Shown here piece after piece: positions 1-9,937 of a stretch of 32,000 nt of DNA. Below the pieces are notes generated by a model. That model had not been told where the DNA came from. It was given only the letters and a program-made list of their open reading frames with translations, and ran no database searches. A program made the position numbers and the translations under genes. Source of the DNA: Candidatus Baldrarchaeum yapensis (GTDB taxonomy: Archaea > Asgardarchaeota > Baldrarchaeia > Baldrarchaeales > Baldrarchaeaceae); assembly GCA_016840465.1 (NCBI GenBank), contig JAEOSH010000013.1:1-32000 (forward strand), written 5' to 3'. Every line of letters starts with the position of its first letter. Position 1 is the stretch's first letter.

Positions 1-705
1 GCCGAACAGAAAGCTCACAATCTCCCTCCCGCGATACGCCCTCCTCACCTTCTCAAGCGTCCGCGCAAAGCTTCTAACCTCACTGGAGTAAATCCGGGAC
101 TTACACTCCCCCACCACTATTACCTCCCTGTCTCCTCTCCGCCCCACGCCGAAAAGGTTGATCTGCACCTCCTCCCCGTCCACCACTATAAACGAGGGAC
201 GTAACTCCTCAACATACACTCCCATATGCCGCTCAAGCCACCCCGGAACCATTACCCTCGCAATGTCCTCCAACCCGAACCCTATAACCGCACTCAGCCT
301 CCCAACCTCCTTCCTCAGCTCTCTGACCGCCTCCGATAATTTCCTAACCTCCTCCTCGGTTCTCCTCTGCGCCTCCGCCAGCTGTCTCACCTGCTCCTCC
401 GTCCTCCTCTGCGCCTCCGCGAGCTGGTCCACGCGCCTCGCGAGCTCATTCAGCCTCTCCTCCGTCCTTCGTTGCGCCTCCGCCAGCTGTCTCACCTGCT
501 CCTCCGTCCTCCTCTGCGCTTCCGCGAGTTCGTTCAGCCTCTCCTCGGTTCTCCTCTGCGCCTCCGCCAGTTCGGTTATCTTTTCGGACAGTCTGCTGAC
601 CTCCCTTGATAGCCTATCGAACTCCTCCCTCGTCACCTTTATGTCCTTAACCTTATCCTCAATTACCTTCACAATGAACTCATAAAGGTCGGAGCTTATC
701 GACAT
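1..705 (-). CDS. Coiled-coil heptad-repeat protein with C-terminal PD-(D/E)XK-like domain (runs off the window start)
   Basis: Translated by hand from ATG at 705 with upstream GGGTGGAG SD: MSISSDLYEFIVKVIEDKVKDIKVTREEFDRL...(LAEAQRRTEE)x5...GFGLEDIARVMVPGWL...DGEEVQINLFGVGRRGDREVIVVGECKSRIYSSEV...FLFG. Open to base 1 (235 codons); absent from the ORF track because it has no stop in the window. Confidence 0.85.
   Translation of the reverse strand, partial: MSISSDLYEFIVKVIEDKVKDIKVTREEFDRLSREVSRLSEKITELAEAQRRTEERLNELAEAQRRTEEQVRQLAEAQRRTEERLNELARRVDQLAEAQRRTEEQVRQLAEAQRRTEEEVRKLSEAVRELRKEVGRLSAVIGFGLEDIARVMVPGWLERHMGVYVEELRPSFIVVDGEEVQINLFGVGRRGDREVIVVGECKSRIYSSEVRSFARTLEKVRRAYRGREIVSFLFG
352..570 (-). 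repeat. Intragenic tandem repeat, five copies of LAEAQRRTEE (42-nt period plus one 21-nt insert)
   Basis: 47 nt at 368-414 are identical to 473-519; the other copies differ by a few, largely synonymous, changes. Confidence 0.95.
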
Positions 706-1135
706 GAGAACCACTCCACCCTAGAAAAAAGGAAAACAATATTTAACGTTTTCATTTCCACGAACCCGCCAAAAACCCACCGACGCTACCCCTATAGCCA
801 TCCTGGAGGCCACATCACAGTTTTGCAAGAGGCCATCCTCCCTTCAAATTATAAAACAAAACCTTGTCATCATCTACAATATCTCTCCAAATAGTTTTTA
901 ATAAAGCAGGGGCGCCCCTCCTCAATTAAAATTATGAAAACGGCCCTAGTTTAGAGAGTAACTTTTAATAAAAACCTTAATTAGTAACCTTAAACTAATC
1001 ACAAAATTCGGCCTCTTCAGAATACTAGTAGCGGAGATCCTCTCTACTACAGTTAAGGAATAAACATTCCTCAAATGCGATTGATAATTTTATATCGTTG
1101 GAAGTTAATTGGATTCTGCAAGAGGGTGTAAAAAC

Positions 1136-1873
1136 ATGAAAGTGAACGCTTATATTACCATCGGATTTTGCATGATCATCTTTGGATCACTATTTGGTAC
1201 AGTATCTTATTTTGTTCTCTCCTCTACACCTCTTACGTCACTCGGCGTTTCAGCTATAATAATTGGATGCGTACTTATAGCAATAGGCATAGGCTCTCCG
1301 ATCGGCCCTCCAGATATAAGTAATCTAATGTTTGAAAGCAGTTTGGAGAATATTTCCGCTTTAATAGAGGAAATGGGACTTAAAAGCAATGCCATTTACT
1401 TACCTTCATCGATGGTCGAAAAGGGACCGCTAGCGCTCATTCCATTGAAAAACACCCCACTCGACGCAAAAATCACCTCTAAAATACCAAGGAGATTTAT
1501 AGTTAAATACGGAAGAGGTACAGAAGACTTAGGCATACTTATAGCAACCCCCGGCTCTATAGTCGCCAGAAATAATGAAATAGCAACAACCTCAACAATA
1601 AGCGATATAGAAGGCTTATTGAACTCCATAATTGCCAATAAGATGGAGCTTGCTGATAAAATATACGTCGAAGAAAGTGATAATACACTAATAATAGAGG
1701 CCTTAAAACCAAAATTCTGTGAACATCAATTACTTGCAAATAAAACCTTAGGAAGTATTCTAACAACCATTATAGCCTCCATAATAGCTGAGGCCTCAGG
1801 AAAACCCATTATGCTTCATAACGAGGAAAAAAGACGCGGAAAAATGATAGTAAAATTGAAATTCCTCGGGTGA
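1136..1873 (+). CDS. Conserved hypothetical membrane protein (2 N-terminal TM helices plus soluble domain)
   Basis: ATG 1136 follows a GAGGG SD; TATA-like TTTTATAT at ~1088; two hydrophobic segments at the N-terminus. Confidence 0.8.
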   Translation: MKVNAYITIGFCMIIFGSLFGTVSYFVLSSTPLTSLGVSAIIIGCVLIAIGIGSPIGPPDISNLMFESSLENISALIEEMGLKSNAIYLPSSMVEKGPLALIPLKNTPLDAKITSKIPRRFIVKYGRGTEDLGILIATPGSIVARNNEIATTSTISDIEGLLNSIIANKMELADKIYVEESDNTLIIEALKPKFCEHQLLANKTLGSILTTIIASIIAEASGKPIMLHNEEKRRGKMIVKLKFLG

Positions 1874-1877
1874 GTAC

Positions 1878-2129
1878 ATGAAACCCCACGATCGATACCT
1901 TTTATCATTAGCAGCGGTGTTCACTTTAACGATAGTAGTGTTTTCAATGTACGGAGAAAATAGACTTGATCTATACTTTTCGTTACTCGTGCTGGAGTAC
2001 TTTATTATTACGTCATTACATTCTCCCTTTAAAAATAAGACAGAAAAAATGCTAAATTGCTTAGGCTTTGTGTTGTTTGCGATATTCATATACATAGTAA
2101 TTAATAGGATATTAAGCATCCTTTTCTAA
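1878..2129 (+). CDS. Small membrane protein (about 3 TM, 83 aa)
   Basis: Starts 4 nt after the previous stop, GGTGAG SD, almost entirely hydrophobic. Confidence 0.75.
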   Translation: MKPHDRYLLSLAAVFTLTIVVFSMYGENRLDLYFSLLVLEYFIITSLHSPFKNKTEKMLNCLGFVLFAIFIYIVINRILSILF

Positions 2130-2288
2130 AACCGCATTTTCCTCCACTCACCCACTAACCAAATTATTTCGGATAATATCAGTGTTAAAATGTAAAAGTC
2201 CAGTCATTGCTTTTTTCGTGTAAAAGTTATATTCCAAACGTAGCTAATGCATAAATTAATTGAACAATAATCGTTTAGGGAGAGAATC

Positions 2289-4226
2289 GTGAAGGGGCTC
2301 CTCATACTTACCGTGATTGGATTATTGATAGTATCATCTCTCCACTTTGTAATCACTGCACAATATCCTAATAACCTAACTTATATTCCCCACGAAGACC
2401 CCAATACTGCGCAAGAACGAACAGATACAACTGGAATTCTCATGCTCTTCGTTAATATCTCCGAATTTGCCGCTTCAGAGAATTATGATGATGCTAAAAC
2501 GTTATTAGCGCAATTAAACAAGATCACCGTGTCTGAAGACCTCAAATACACCATTTGGAGACTTACAAATCTCTCAGCAGGACTCATCGACATATTACAA
2601 GAATTAAAGACCACATTACATCAAGCTGAAATACTATTAGATCAAATGTTGCTCAACGACTCCATTCCCTTAATAGAAAAAGCTGAAAACCTAACAAGAT
2701 CTGCAACGATTCTTCTGAGAGAAATAAAAGATGCTGTAGAAACCCTTTATTTGAGGCTTAATCTGCAGTCTGCAATGGAAATACACCTCAAAGACAAACT
2801 TGATAAACTTCTCGTCAAATTAGAAGACCTATTAAACAAGTATAAAAGCCTCTTAAACGATCTTAAAGAACGCGTCCACGAAATAAACGAAAGAAACCTT
2901 AATGAAACAATTCTTCTCCTGTACTGCAATACAACTAAAGCATTTGTTGGAAGTTTCGTAAAATTATATGGCACCTTGTCATGGAGCGGAGGAGCGCTCC
3001 CAGGTCGGCGGATTACCATCCTCTTGAATGAAGTCCCCCTACAGAACGTCACAACCGATAGTAATGGTAATTACGAGGTGATAGTAAAACTACCGTATAT
3101 CTATACAAATAGTATCTCCTTTAGAGCCTTATTTGTGCCGTCCGACGACGATAAACTCCACTTTTTGGGTTCTAAAAGTCCTCAGGTCACCGTGCAACTC
3201 CTCTTCTTCAAAACCTTCGTCAATGTAACAATAATGGGCGATGCCCATCCCGGCCTTCCCATAAATGTCACCGGAATAATACGTGTGAAAAATCAAACAA
3301 CACCGGGGAAAAAACTCTTCCAAATATTTATTGATAATAAACTCCTAGTAGAGGACCTCTCAAATCCAGATGGCACTTTCAACGTCTCTGTCACCTTAAA
3401 TCCTAATATTTCTGTCGGCCTGCATAAATTGACAGTACATGTAAAGCCGAATAAAACACACTCTGGGGCATCTGTAAACATAACATTCGCCGTGACGAAA
3501 TTACCGTTACACGTTCACTTAGATGCGCCATACCTCGTATTCGCACCATTAACAATGACAATTAAGGGTAATATATCATGGGAACAAGGCCCATTTTCTA
3601 ATGCAACAATAATAATAATGTGTGAAGACAGAATCTTTACGACAAAACCGGATGATCATGGATCCTTTAAGATCAATATCAATGTAGAATTCTTCCCCTC
3701 CATCATTATGGACGAAAAAATCGAGATCTTTATTAAACCAGTAGAACCGTGGTTCTCTGAAGAAAAAATCACAATTCGAATCGTGAAAATAAATATCGTA
3801 AATATGGGATTGCTTTTTATGTTTGCTGCTACATTCGGGTTTCTGGCCCTCCCTAAAAAGAGATTCACCATCAAGAAGCCAGCTAGAAAAGAGGAGTTGC
3901 CGGTGAAAGTCGAACCGCCCCATAAAACTATTCCGAGCGAAATGAAGATTAAAGTTTTGGAAAAAAACGTAAGGATGGTAGTTAAAATATACGAAGAGGC
4001 CTTAAAGACGTTACTCAGAAAATTAAACCTGAGAATTGAACCATATATGACTTTAAGAGAAATCCTAAAACTGGTATCCTCAGACCTTAAGGAAACTTAC
4101 AAGCCCTTCTCCAAATTGACTTTTATTGTCGAAAAATCTATTTACTCGATGCACCCTCCCTCAGAAAAAGAAATAGAAGAGGCAAGGCACCTCTTAGAAG
4201 ATATTAAGAGGGGGACTGGAGAGTGA
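2289..4226 (+). CDS. Large exported, membrane-anchored protein: signal peptide, helical region, Ig/carboxypeptidase-regulatory-like beta repeats, TM, DUF4129-like C-terminus
   Basis: N-terminal hydrophobic signal, repeated 'TTDSNGNY / SNPDGTF / PDDHGSF' beta-sandwich motifs, TM near aa 505-525, and a C-terminal 'PYMTLRE...EKSIYS' motif typical of DUF4129. Confidence 0.7.
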   Translation: MKGLLILTVIGLLIVSSLHFVITAQYPNNLTYIPHEDPNTAQERTDTTGILMLFVNISEFAASENYDDAKTLLAQLNKITVSEDLKYTIWRLTNLSAGLIDILQELKTTLHQAEILLDQMLLNDSIPLIEKAENLTRSATILLREIKDAVETLYLRLNLQSAMEIHLKDKLDKLLVKLEDLLNKYKSLLNDLKERVHEINERNLNETILLLYCNTTKAFVGSFVKLYGTLSWSGGALPGRRITILLNEVPLQNVTTDSNGNYEVIVKLPYIYTNSISFRALFVPSDDDKLHFLGSKSPQVTVQLLFFKTFVNVTIMGDAHPGLPINVTGIIRVKNQTTPGKKLFQIFIDNKLLVEDLSNPDGTFNVSVTLNPNISVGLHKLTVHVKPNKTHSGASVNITFAVTKLPLHVHLDAPYLVFAPLTMTIKGNISWEQGPFSNATIIIMCEDRIFTTKPDDHGSFKININVEFFPSIIMDEKIEIFIKPVEPWFSEEKITIRIVKINIVNMGLLFMFAATFGFLALPKKRFTIKKPARKEELPVKVEPPHKTIPSEMKIKVLEKNVRMVVKIYEEALKTLLRKLNLRIEPYMTLREILKLVSSDLKETYKPFSKLTFIVEKSIYSMHPPSEKEIEEARHLLEDIKRGTGE

Positions 4227-5134
4227 AATTACTTAAAGTACTCGCAATAACTTTACTCGCATCTTTGATCCTATCTGCATCTATAATATGGTTCTACCCC
4301 CAAACAGGAGACTTTAAACCGGATAACTCCTTCTGGAACGGCTCAAGCAAGTTCGTAAAGACATCAAATGCTACAATAATAAATTCTCTGAAAGACATCC
4401 CCTCAAATGCCAAATCTGTAATGCTACTAACAATTCCATACACGCATTATGACACGTGGGAGCTTGAAACGCTGAAAAGTTTCTTAACCGAGGGAGGTAT
4501 ACTGGTTCTTATGGACGACTACGGGTATGGAAATGAGTTGTTGGAGTATCTAAACTTAAGTGTAAGATTCTCAGGAAAACCCCTCTTGGATCCCCTCTTT
4601 AACTACAAAAATAAATGGTTCCCCAAAATAAGCATATTCTCAAATCACACAATCTTCCAGAACGTGACAACCGTACTTTTTAATCACGCAACGGCCCTCG
4701 TCAACACATCTGATGTCGAAGTTTTGGCTTGGTCTTCTAGTTTTAGCTTCTTGGATCTAAATGATGATGGAAAATACACATCAAATGAACCCATGGGCCC
4801 CCTCCCCGTTATAGCCAAAAAAGACTTTGGAAATGGATCACTGATACTAATTTCCGATCCTAGCATCATAATAAACTCCATGATCGATATGGAGGATAAT
4901 CAAAAATTCCTAACAAACCTCATAAACGTACACGGAAAACCCTTACACGTTCTTTTCGATATTTCACACCTGCCAAGGACAGCAATCGACGACGCTAAAG
5001 ACGCTCTCAGATACCTACGCGATATCGCCTTAACACCCCCTATTTCCTTCATATTAGTACTGATAACCGTAATCATCCTCCTAAAACCATTACAAAAGGG
5101 TGGAAAAAGATATGGATCAGAAAGAGGCAAATGA
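4223..5134 (+). CDS. DUF4350-like (GATase-like fold) membrane-anchored protein
   Basis: GTGA overlap with the upstream gene; motifs 'NSFWNGSSKF', 'FLTEGGILVLMDD', 'GNGSLILISDPSIIINSMI' and 'VLFDISH'; TMs at both termini. Confidence 0.75.
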   Translation: MKLLKVLAITLLASLILSASIIWFYPQTGDFKPDNSFWNGSSKFVKTSNATIINSLKDIPSNAKSVMLLTIPYTHYDTWELETLKSFLTEGGILVLMDDYGYGNELLEYLNLSVRFSGKPLLDPLFNYKNKWFPKISIFSNHTIFQNVTTVLFNHATALVNTSDVEVLAWSSSFSFLDLNDDGKYTSNEPMGPLPVIAKKDFGNGSLILISDPSIIINSMIDMEDNQKFLTNLINVHGKPLHVLFDISHLPRTAIDDAKDALRYLRDIALTPPISFILVLITVIILLKPLQKGGKRYGSERGK

Positions 5135-6062
5135 AAAGATAAGAAGCATACTTAAAGAAATATCCAAGGTTGTAGTGGGAAAAGATTATGAGAAAAAATT
5201 GCTTCTGATAGCACTCCTAAGCGAAGGACATGTACTAATTGAAGGGCATATCGGTACTGGAAAAACAACATTGGCCAGAACGTTTGCTCAAGTTATAGGC
5301 ATGGAGTTTAAAAGAGTACAAATGATGCCCGATATGCTGCCGTCCGATATAATCGGGTTCTACATGTATAGCCTAGATGGATCATCAAAACTAATTAAGG
5401 GTCCTGTTTTCACAAATATACTGCTCGCTGATGAACTCAACAGAGCGTCGCCAAGAACTCAGGCCGCTCTGCTCGAAGCTATGCAAGAAGGCAGAGTAAG
5501 TATAGAGGGGCAGACTTTCGAATTACCTAAACCGTTCATGGTGATTGCAACCCAAATACCCTATGGAGGAGCAGGAACATATCCACTCCCCGAAACACAG
5601 CTGGATAGATTCATGTTTAGATGCTGGAGTGACCTGCCGAGCCCTGAGGAAGAAATTTCAATAATAGATAATATAGATCTCATAGAGGAATTCCGTACGG
5701 AACCAGTTATAACTCCAAACGAAGTACTGGAAATCATATCACTTACCAAAAGGGTATACGTTTCTGACGCCGTCAAGAACTATATAATCGAGATAATTAA
5801 CCGCATACGCCAAAACTCAGATGTACTTTCTGGCCCCAGCCCAAGAGGTAGTATTTCACTCTACAAAGGCTCTAGGGCTCTGGCCCTAATAAATGGACGT
5901 GACTACGTCATACCAGATGATATAAAAGAGCTTACTATACCAGCCCTCATTCATAGAATCCGATTAAAACCAGAAGCAGAGACAGAAGGCATAAAACCCG
6001 AAGATATAATAGAGAGGGCTTTAAAAGAAGTTCCTGTTCCAAAAGCGGGACTGAAAACCTAA
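5112..6062 (+). CDS. moxR: MoxR family AAA+ ATPase
   Basis: Walker A EGHIGTGKTT, Walker B LLADELNRASPRTQAALLEAMQE, GTYPLPETQLDRF, and C-terminal SPRGSISL/DYVIPDDIK. Confidence 0.95.
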   Translation: MDQKEANEKIRSILKEISKVVVGKDYEKKLLLIALLSEGHVLIEGHIGTGKTTLARTFAQVIGMEFKRVQMMPDMLPSDIIGFYMYSLDGSSKLIKGPVFTNILLADELNRASPRTQAALLEAMQEGRVSIEGQTFELPKPFMVIATQIPYGGAGTYPLPETQLDRFMFRCWSDLPSPEEEISIIDNIDLIEEFRTEPVITPNEVLEIISLTKRVYVSDAVKNYIIEIINRIRQNSDVLSGPSPRGSISLYKGSRALALINGRDYVIPDDIKELTIPALIHRIRLKPEAETEGIKPEDIIERALKEVPVPKAGLKT

Positions 6063-6113
6063 AATGGAGGGAATATTATTCTAAGAGCAAAAATTATTCC
6101 TGAAATCTATGCA

Positions 6114-7622
6114 GTGATTCTTTTCGCGACATCTGCAGTATTCACTCCTCTCGTAAATGCCATTATTTGCATTGCCTTTTCTCTTTTATACGCGTTCTCA
6201 ATAATAAGAGGATTAAAGCCGCATAATTCGATGATTGTAAATTTCCTGTCTATAACGCTTGGGTCGATGTGTATAAACCCACTTACGGGCTACCCTTTAT
6301 CTACAATTCTAACAGCACCGCTCTTACTTAACATAGATAATGACCTGAAAAACCTTGCACCTCAATGGCTGGAAGAAAATTCCGGTAAAGAACTCGCCAC
6401 TACAGCTTTTAAAAGCCTAGAAATTTCCTCTATAGCAACATTGCTCCTATCTATCATAATAAATAGTCATACATTGATGCTGAGCTCAGCTCTTATTCTT
6501 ATAAGTGTCCTTCTGATGACAGTTCACTCCATGATGAGGTTAAAGATTCCAGCAGTAGAAGTAAAGAGAAAAACTGTTAGAGTATTAGTAGGAGACGAAA
6601 AAACCATCCCCATCTCCATACATTCTAAAACCCTCATGACAATTTATGGAAAACTCGAAGAAGAGCACGACTGGATGAAAATACATCCCAAATACATTAA
6701 ATTGAATCAAAATGCGCAAGCAAAAATCACTATAAAAATAAAACCACCTCTTGCAGCACCAGTCAACCCTAAACTGAAAATCGTATGGACAGATACTAGA
6801 GGATTGATATTTAAGTATCAAGATGTAACCCCCATCGATCTACATATTATCCCAAAAGCCAAATACGCAGAATGGCTGGCAAGAAGATTCCTAGAAGGAG
6901 AACTCCCGGAAACCGAAAGCACCATCGCATTATCGGAAATAAAAGTAGTCACACACCAAAGAAGGGGAATCGAATTCTACAAAAATCGCCCCTACTCACC
7001 TGGTGACCCATTAAAAAATATAGACTGGAAAAAATCTATTAAATTAAGAGAGTTGATAACCAAGCAATTCGCAGGTATAGGAGAAAGTGCCGTCATGATG
7101 ATCATTTGCCTAACCGCTCAAAACGAAGAAGAGGCCGACCAATTATCCTACAACATGGTGGCCTCGGCACTCACTCTAGCAACGGAGGCCATCCCAACAG
7201 GACTTGTGGCTTACAATAATAAGGAAGTACTAATAACGTTGAAACCCGGAAACCCTATTGACGTATTAAAGAAAACACTCGACCTCACAAAAAAGATAAC
7301 GTTCGTACATGTACCGGAAAGAGTATTAGACCCACCAGACGCTCAAAATCTTGAAAAATTGCTGCAAAGGCTCGAAAAAGTCGAAAGCAAGCCCTTTAAG
7401 AAAGTTTTTGAAATACTCACACTCGAACAAAAATCCATAGAGGCTCACGCACGGTTACATCCAGCCTATGACGCACTTATAAAAGTACGATCACTGCTAC
7501 CTCCCCCCGCCACGCTCTTAATAATCTCCCCGTGGTCCCATGATGCTGAGGCACTTTCTGTCGGCTTATCAAAAATCTGTAAAAACTATACAGTATTACT
7601 CGTACCGCTTTCCCAATCATAG
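6114..7622 (+). CDS. DUF58 domain-containing membrane protein (MoxR partner); the start may lie upstream at ATT 6078
   Basis: DUF58 motif GIEFYKNRPYSPGDPLKNIDWKKS...LITKQF; about 5 N-terminal TM helices; directly follows moxR. Confidence 0.85.
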   Translation: MILFATSAVFTPLVNAIICIAFSLLYAFSIIRGLKPHNSMIVNFLSITLGSMCINPLTGYPLSTILTAPLLLNIDNDLKNLAPQWLEENSGKELATTAFKSLEISSIATLLLSIIINSHTLMLSSALILISVLLMTVHSMMRLKIPAVEVKRKTVRVLVGDEKTIPISIHSKTLMTIYGKLEEEHDWMKIHPKYIKLNQNAQAKITIKIKPPLAAPVNPKLKIVWTDTRGLIFKYQDVTPIDLHIIPKAKYAEWLARRFLEGELPETESTIALSEIKVVTHQRRGIEFYKNRPYSPGDPLKNIDWKKSIKLRELITKQFAGIGESAVMMIICLTAQNEEEADQLSYNMVASALTLATEAIPTGLVAYNNKEVLITLKPGNPIDVLKKTLDLTKKITFVHVPERVLDPPDAQNLEKLLQRLEKVESKPFKKVFEILTLEQKSIEAHARLHPAYDALIKVRSLLPPPATLLIISPWSHDAEALSVGLSKICKNYTVLLVPLSQS

Positions 7623-7638
7623 AAGAGGAGGAAAAAAC

Positions 7639-8274
7639 GTGAAAAAGAGAAAAATGAAAAGGAAGAAGAAAGTAACCCCTGAAGATAAACTTGGAGGAAA
7701 GAAAATTTCAGATTTTATACGCTCCCTAAACACGCCCATCACGCTATCCGAACTAATAGATATCCTCACAAAGAAATATGCAATTAAACTCGAAGAAGCA
7801 GCTAAAATGATCTATGTTGCATGGAAAAATGGAGAACTGGAAATGCTAGAACCAAAACCGCCCAGAAACCTCCTCTCATACACGTTTACATTAAGAAGTC
7901 TTTGGTTCTGGCTCCTCACAACCCTAATTGGAATAACTATAGCAATAGTACTCTACGTCTCAGAACCCCCTCTAATCTACCTCAGATACGTCCTCGGATC
8001 CGTATTCGTTCTTTACCTCCCCGGCGCAACATTAATAGAAGCCCTATACCCCAGAGGCGAAGATTTAGAACCTCTGGAAAGGCTCGCGCTCTCTATAGGA
8101 CTAAGCCTCGCAGTCGTGCCACTAATAGGATTAGTACTCAATTATACACCTTGGGGAATAAGACTCCAGCCCATCCTCACAGCATTGGCCCTTTTCACGG
8201 AATGCATGGCAATAGCAGCTCTAATCCGAAAATACAAATACTATAAACTGAGACTGGAGGAACTAAAGTTTTAA
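7639..8274 (+). CDS. DUF1616-like membrane protein
   Basis: GTG 7639 after a GAGGAGG SD; 'LRYVLGSVFVLYLPGATLIEALYP...LEPLERLALSIGLSLAVVPLIGLVLNYTPWGIRL' is the typical DUF1616 core. Confidence 0.85.
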   Translation: MKKRKMKRKKKVTPEDKLGGKKISDFIRSLNTPITLSELIDILTKKYAIKLEEAAKMIYVAWKNGELEMLEPKPPRNLLSYTFTLRSLWFWLLTTLIGITIAIVLYVSEPPLIYLRYVLGSVFVLYLPGATLIEALYPRGEDLEPLERLALSIGLSLAVVPLIGLVLNYTPWGIRLQPILTALALFTECMAIAALIRKYKYYKLRLEELKF

Positions 8275-8296
8275 TCACCGGATAACGAGAAAACAG

Positions 8297-9937
8297 TCAC
8301 TTTCTCTTTAAAAAGTTAGATGACTTTCCCAGCACTCGTAAGATCAGTTCTTCAAACCCCAGTAACAATCTCGCGAAAAACCTGACATACTTTATCTTCC
8401 CAAATATAAGGTATAAACTCTTGATGTCCCGCCCGTCTATCCCGCCCAGCACAGGAACTAATACCAAGTAACTCGGAATAAATACAACTGCTGCCAGAAA
8501 GATATCCGCTAGGTAACCAAACACATGCAACCCATTAAATAAACTCAGAGAAATACGGGTTAAGAAAAACGCTATGAACCCCGCCGCTAAAAGTCCGGGC
8601 AAATACCCCCACTCCACCCCCTTTCCTAATAACTTCATGGCTATAACCAACCCACACGCCGATGCCACAACCCACGCAACAATCATCGCAACAATCAACC
8701 CCACAACCCCATACCACATCGTAAGAACATAAAGCAACGGTATCATCAATGCGGCATTTATTACCCTAATCCATAACGTCAACTTGGTCCGCCCTACCCC
8801 GTTAAAGAATGTTAAAACTATTGTCCCCACTCCACTGAAAACATACATGACCAAAAGCAAAGAGAGGTATAAAGGGGCTGTCACGAAACTCTCTCCGTAG
8901 ACGAAATAAACCAACTCTCTCGACACCACCATGATAAACAATACCCCCGGCACCAAGAGTAACAATGTGTACTTTAACGAGAAACCGAAAAACTCCCGAA
9001 GTGTTTCCCGCTCTGTATCCAACTCAAACTTGGAAAACGCCGGAAATAGCGCCGTTGATATCGGCATTATCAAAATACCAAGTAGTGAAAGAAAATTCAT
9101 CGCCGCTTTGAAGTTCCCAATATCAAAGTTCGAAGCAAACCACGCCAAAACGATCATGCGATACTGATTTAAGAAATTCAATAGAAGGTTCGAAAGATAC
9201 AGCGGAAAACCATACCCTACCATCATCAATAGCCCATCTCTGAATCTCATTCTCTGTTTGCAGTTCCCGCCCGCATACTTCCTATAAAGAGAAACAACAA
9301 ATAATAGCGCCACGGCAACACCCATTAAGTACCCCGCTATGTGCCCCAAAAGCGCTCCCATAACACCCAAACCCCAAATTATCAGCAACAACGCTACCAC
9401 TAATTTGGTAATCGGTTGCAAAACCGCAACTACGGCACTCCAATCCATACGACCAGACCCTATAAAAACACTATTCGCAGTAGAATAGAGAGCCTGCAAC
9501 ACTATAAGAACAGATGCCAACCGGATGAGATCCTCAATATACGGACGATTCAGAAAATATTTTGCAAAAACATCCGCAAACACAAATGATAAAATGAAAA
9601 GTAAAATCGATATCGTGACCTTGGTCATAAAACCTATTCTGATGATATCTGCAACCATGTACTCCTTCCCCTCAGCTCTGAACTGCGCAGAATACTTCAC
9701 CAGAGCGGGACTTATTCCAAAATCGACAAAAATTATCAAAAACATGGGAACAATTAACGAAATAGAATAAATGCCATAACTCTCAGGACCTAAAAGTCGT
9801 GCGATGAGAATCGACGCAATCGCTAAAATTATCGTTCCAAGAGCAGTCCCCGACGCTAAGAATAACCCACCACGCACAGACTCCTCCGCAACCTCAAAGA
9901 ATTTTTCCCTATTGGCGGAGGCTATATCATCCCTCAT
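8297..9937 (-). CDS. Polysaccharide/oligosaccharide flippase (MOP superfamily, Wzx/RfbX-like)
   Basis: About 14 TM helices; 'IARLLGPESYGIYS', 'DFGISPAL', 'GFPLYL', 'ALFPAFS', 'NGVGRTK'. Confidence 0.9.
   Translation of the reverse strand: MRDDIASANREKFFEVAEESVRGGLFLASGTALGTIILAIASILIARLLGPESYGIYSISLIVPMFLIIFVDFGISPALVKYSAQFRAEGKEYMVADIIRIGFMTKVTISILLFILSFVFADVFAKYFLNRPYIEDLIRLASVLIVLQALYSTANSVFIGSGRMDWSAVVAVLQPITKLVVALLLIIWGLGVMGALLGHIAGYLMGVAVALLFVVSLYRKYAGGNCKQRMRFRDGLLMMVGYGFPLYLSNLLLNFLNQYRMIVLAWFASNFDIGNFKAAMNFLSLLGILIMPISTALFPAFSKFELDTERETLREFFGFSLKYTLLLLVPGVLFIMVVSRELVYFVYGESFVTAPLYLSLLLVMYVFSGVGTIVLTFFNGVGRTKLTLWIRVINAALMIPLLYVLTMWYGVVGLIVAMIVAWVVASACGLVIAMKLLGKGVEWGYLPGLLAAGFIAFFLTRISLSLFNGLHVFGYLADIFLAAVVFIPSYLVLVPVLGGIDGRDIKSLYLIFGKIKYVRFFARLLLGFEELILRVLGKSSNFLKRK

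Noticed and set aside
101-120. Apparent frameshift in the C-run of the first gene
   Set aside because: Recounting five C (108-112) keeps VVGECK in frame; the ORF is intact to the window edge.
352-570. CRISPR array or minisatellite interpretation of the repeats
   Set aside because: Repeats are in frame, coding and have no unique spacers.
158-685. 175-aa Ser-rich + strand ORF
   Set aside because: Antisense shadow of the coiled-coil repeat gene.
908-1049. 12-bp palindrome AGGGGCGCCCCT (908-919) and TAGTAG/CTACTA hairpin (1026-1049)
   Set aside because: Single occurrences with no second copy or cognate regulator; cannot be told from chance.
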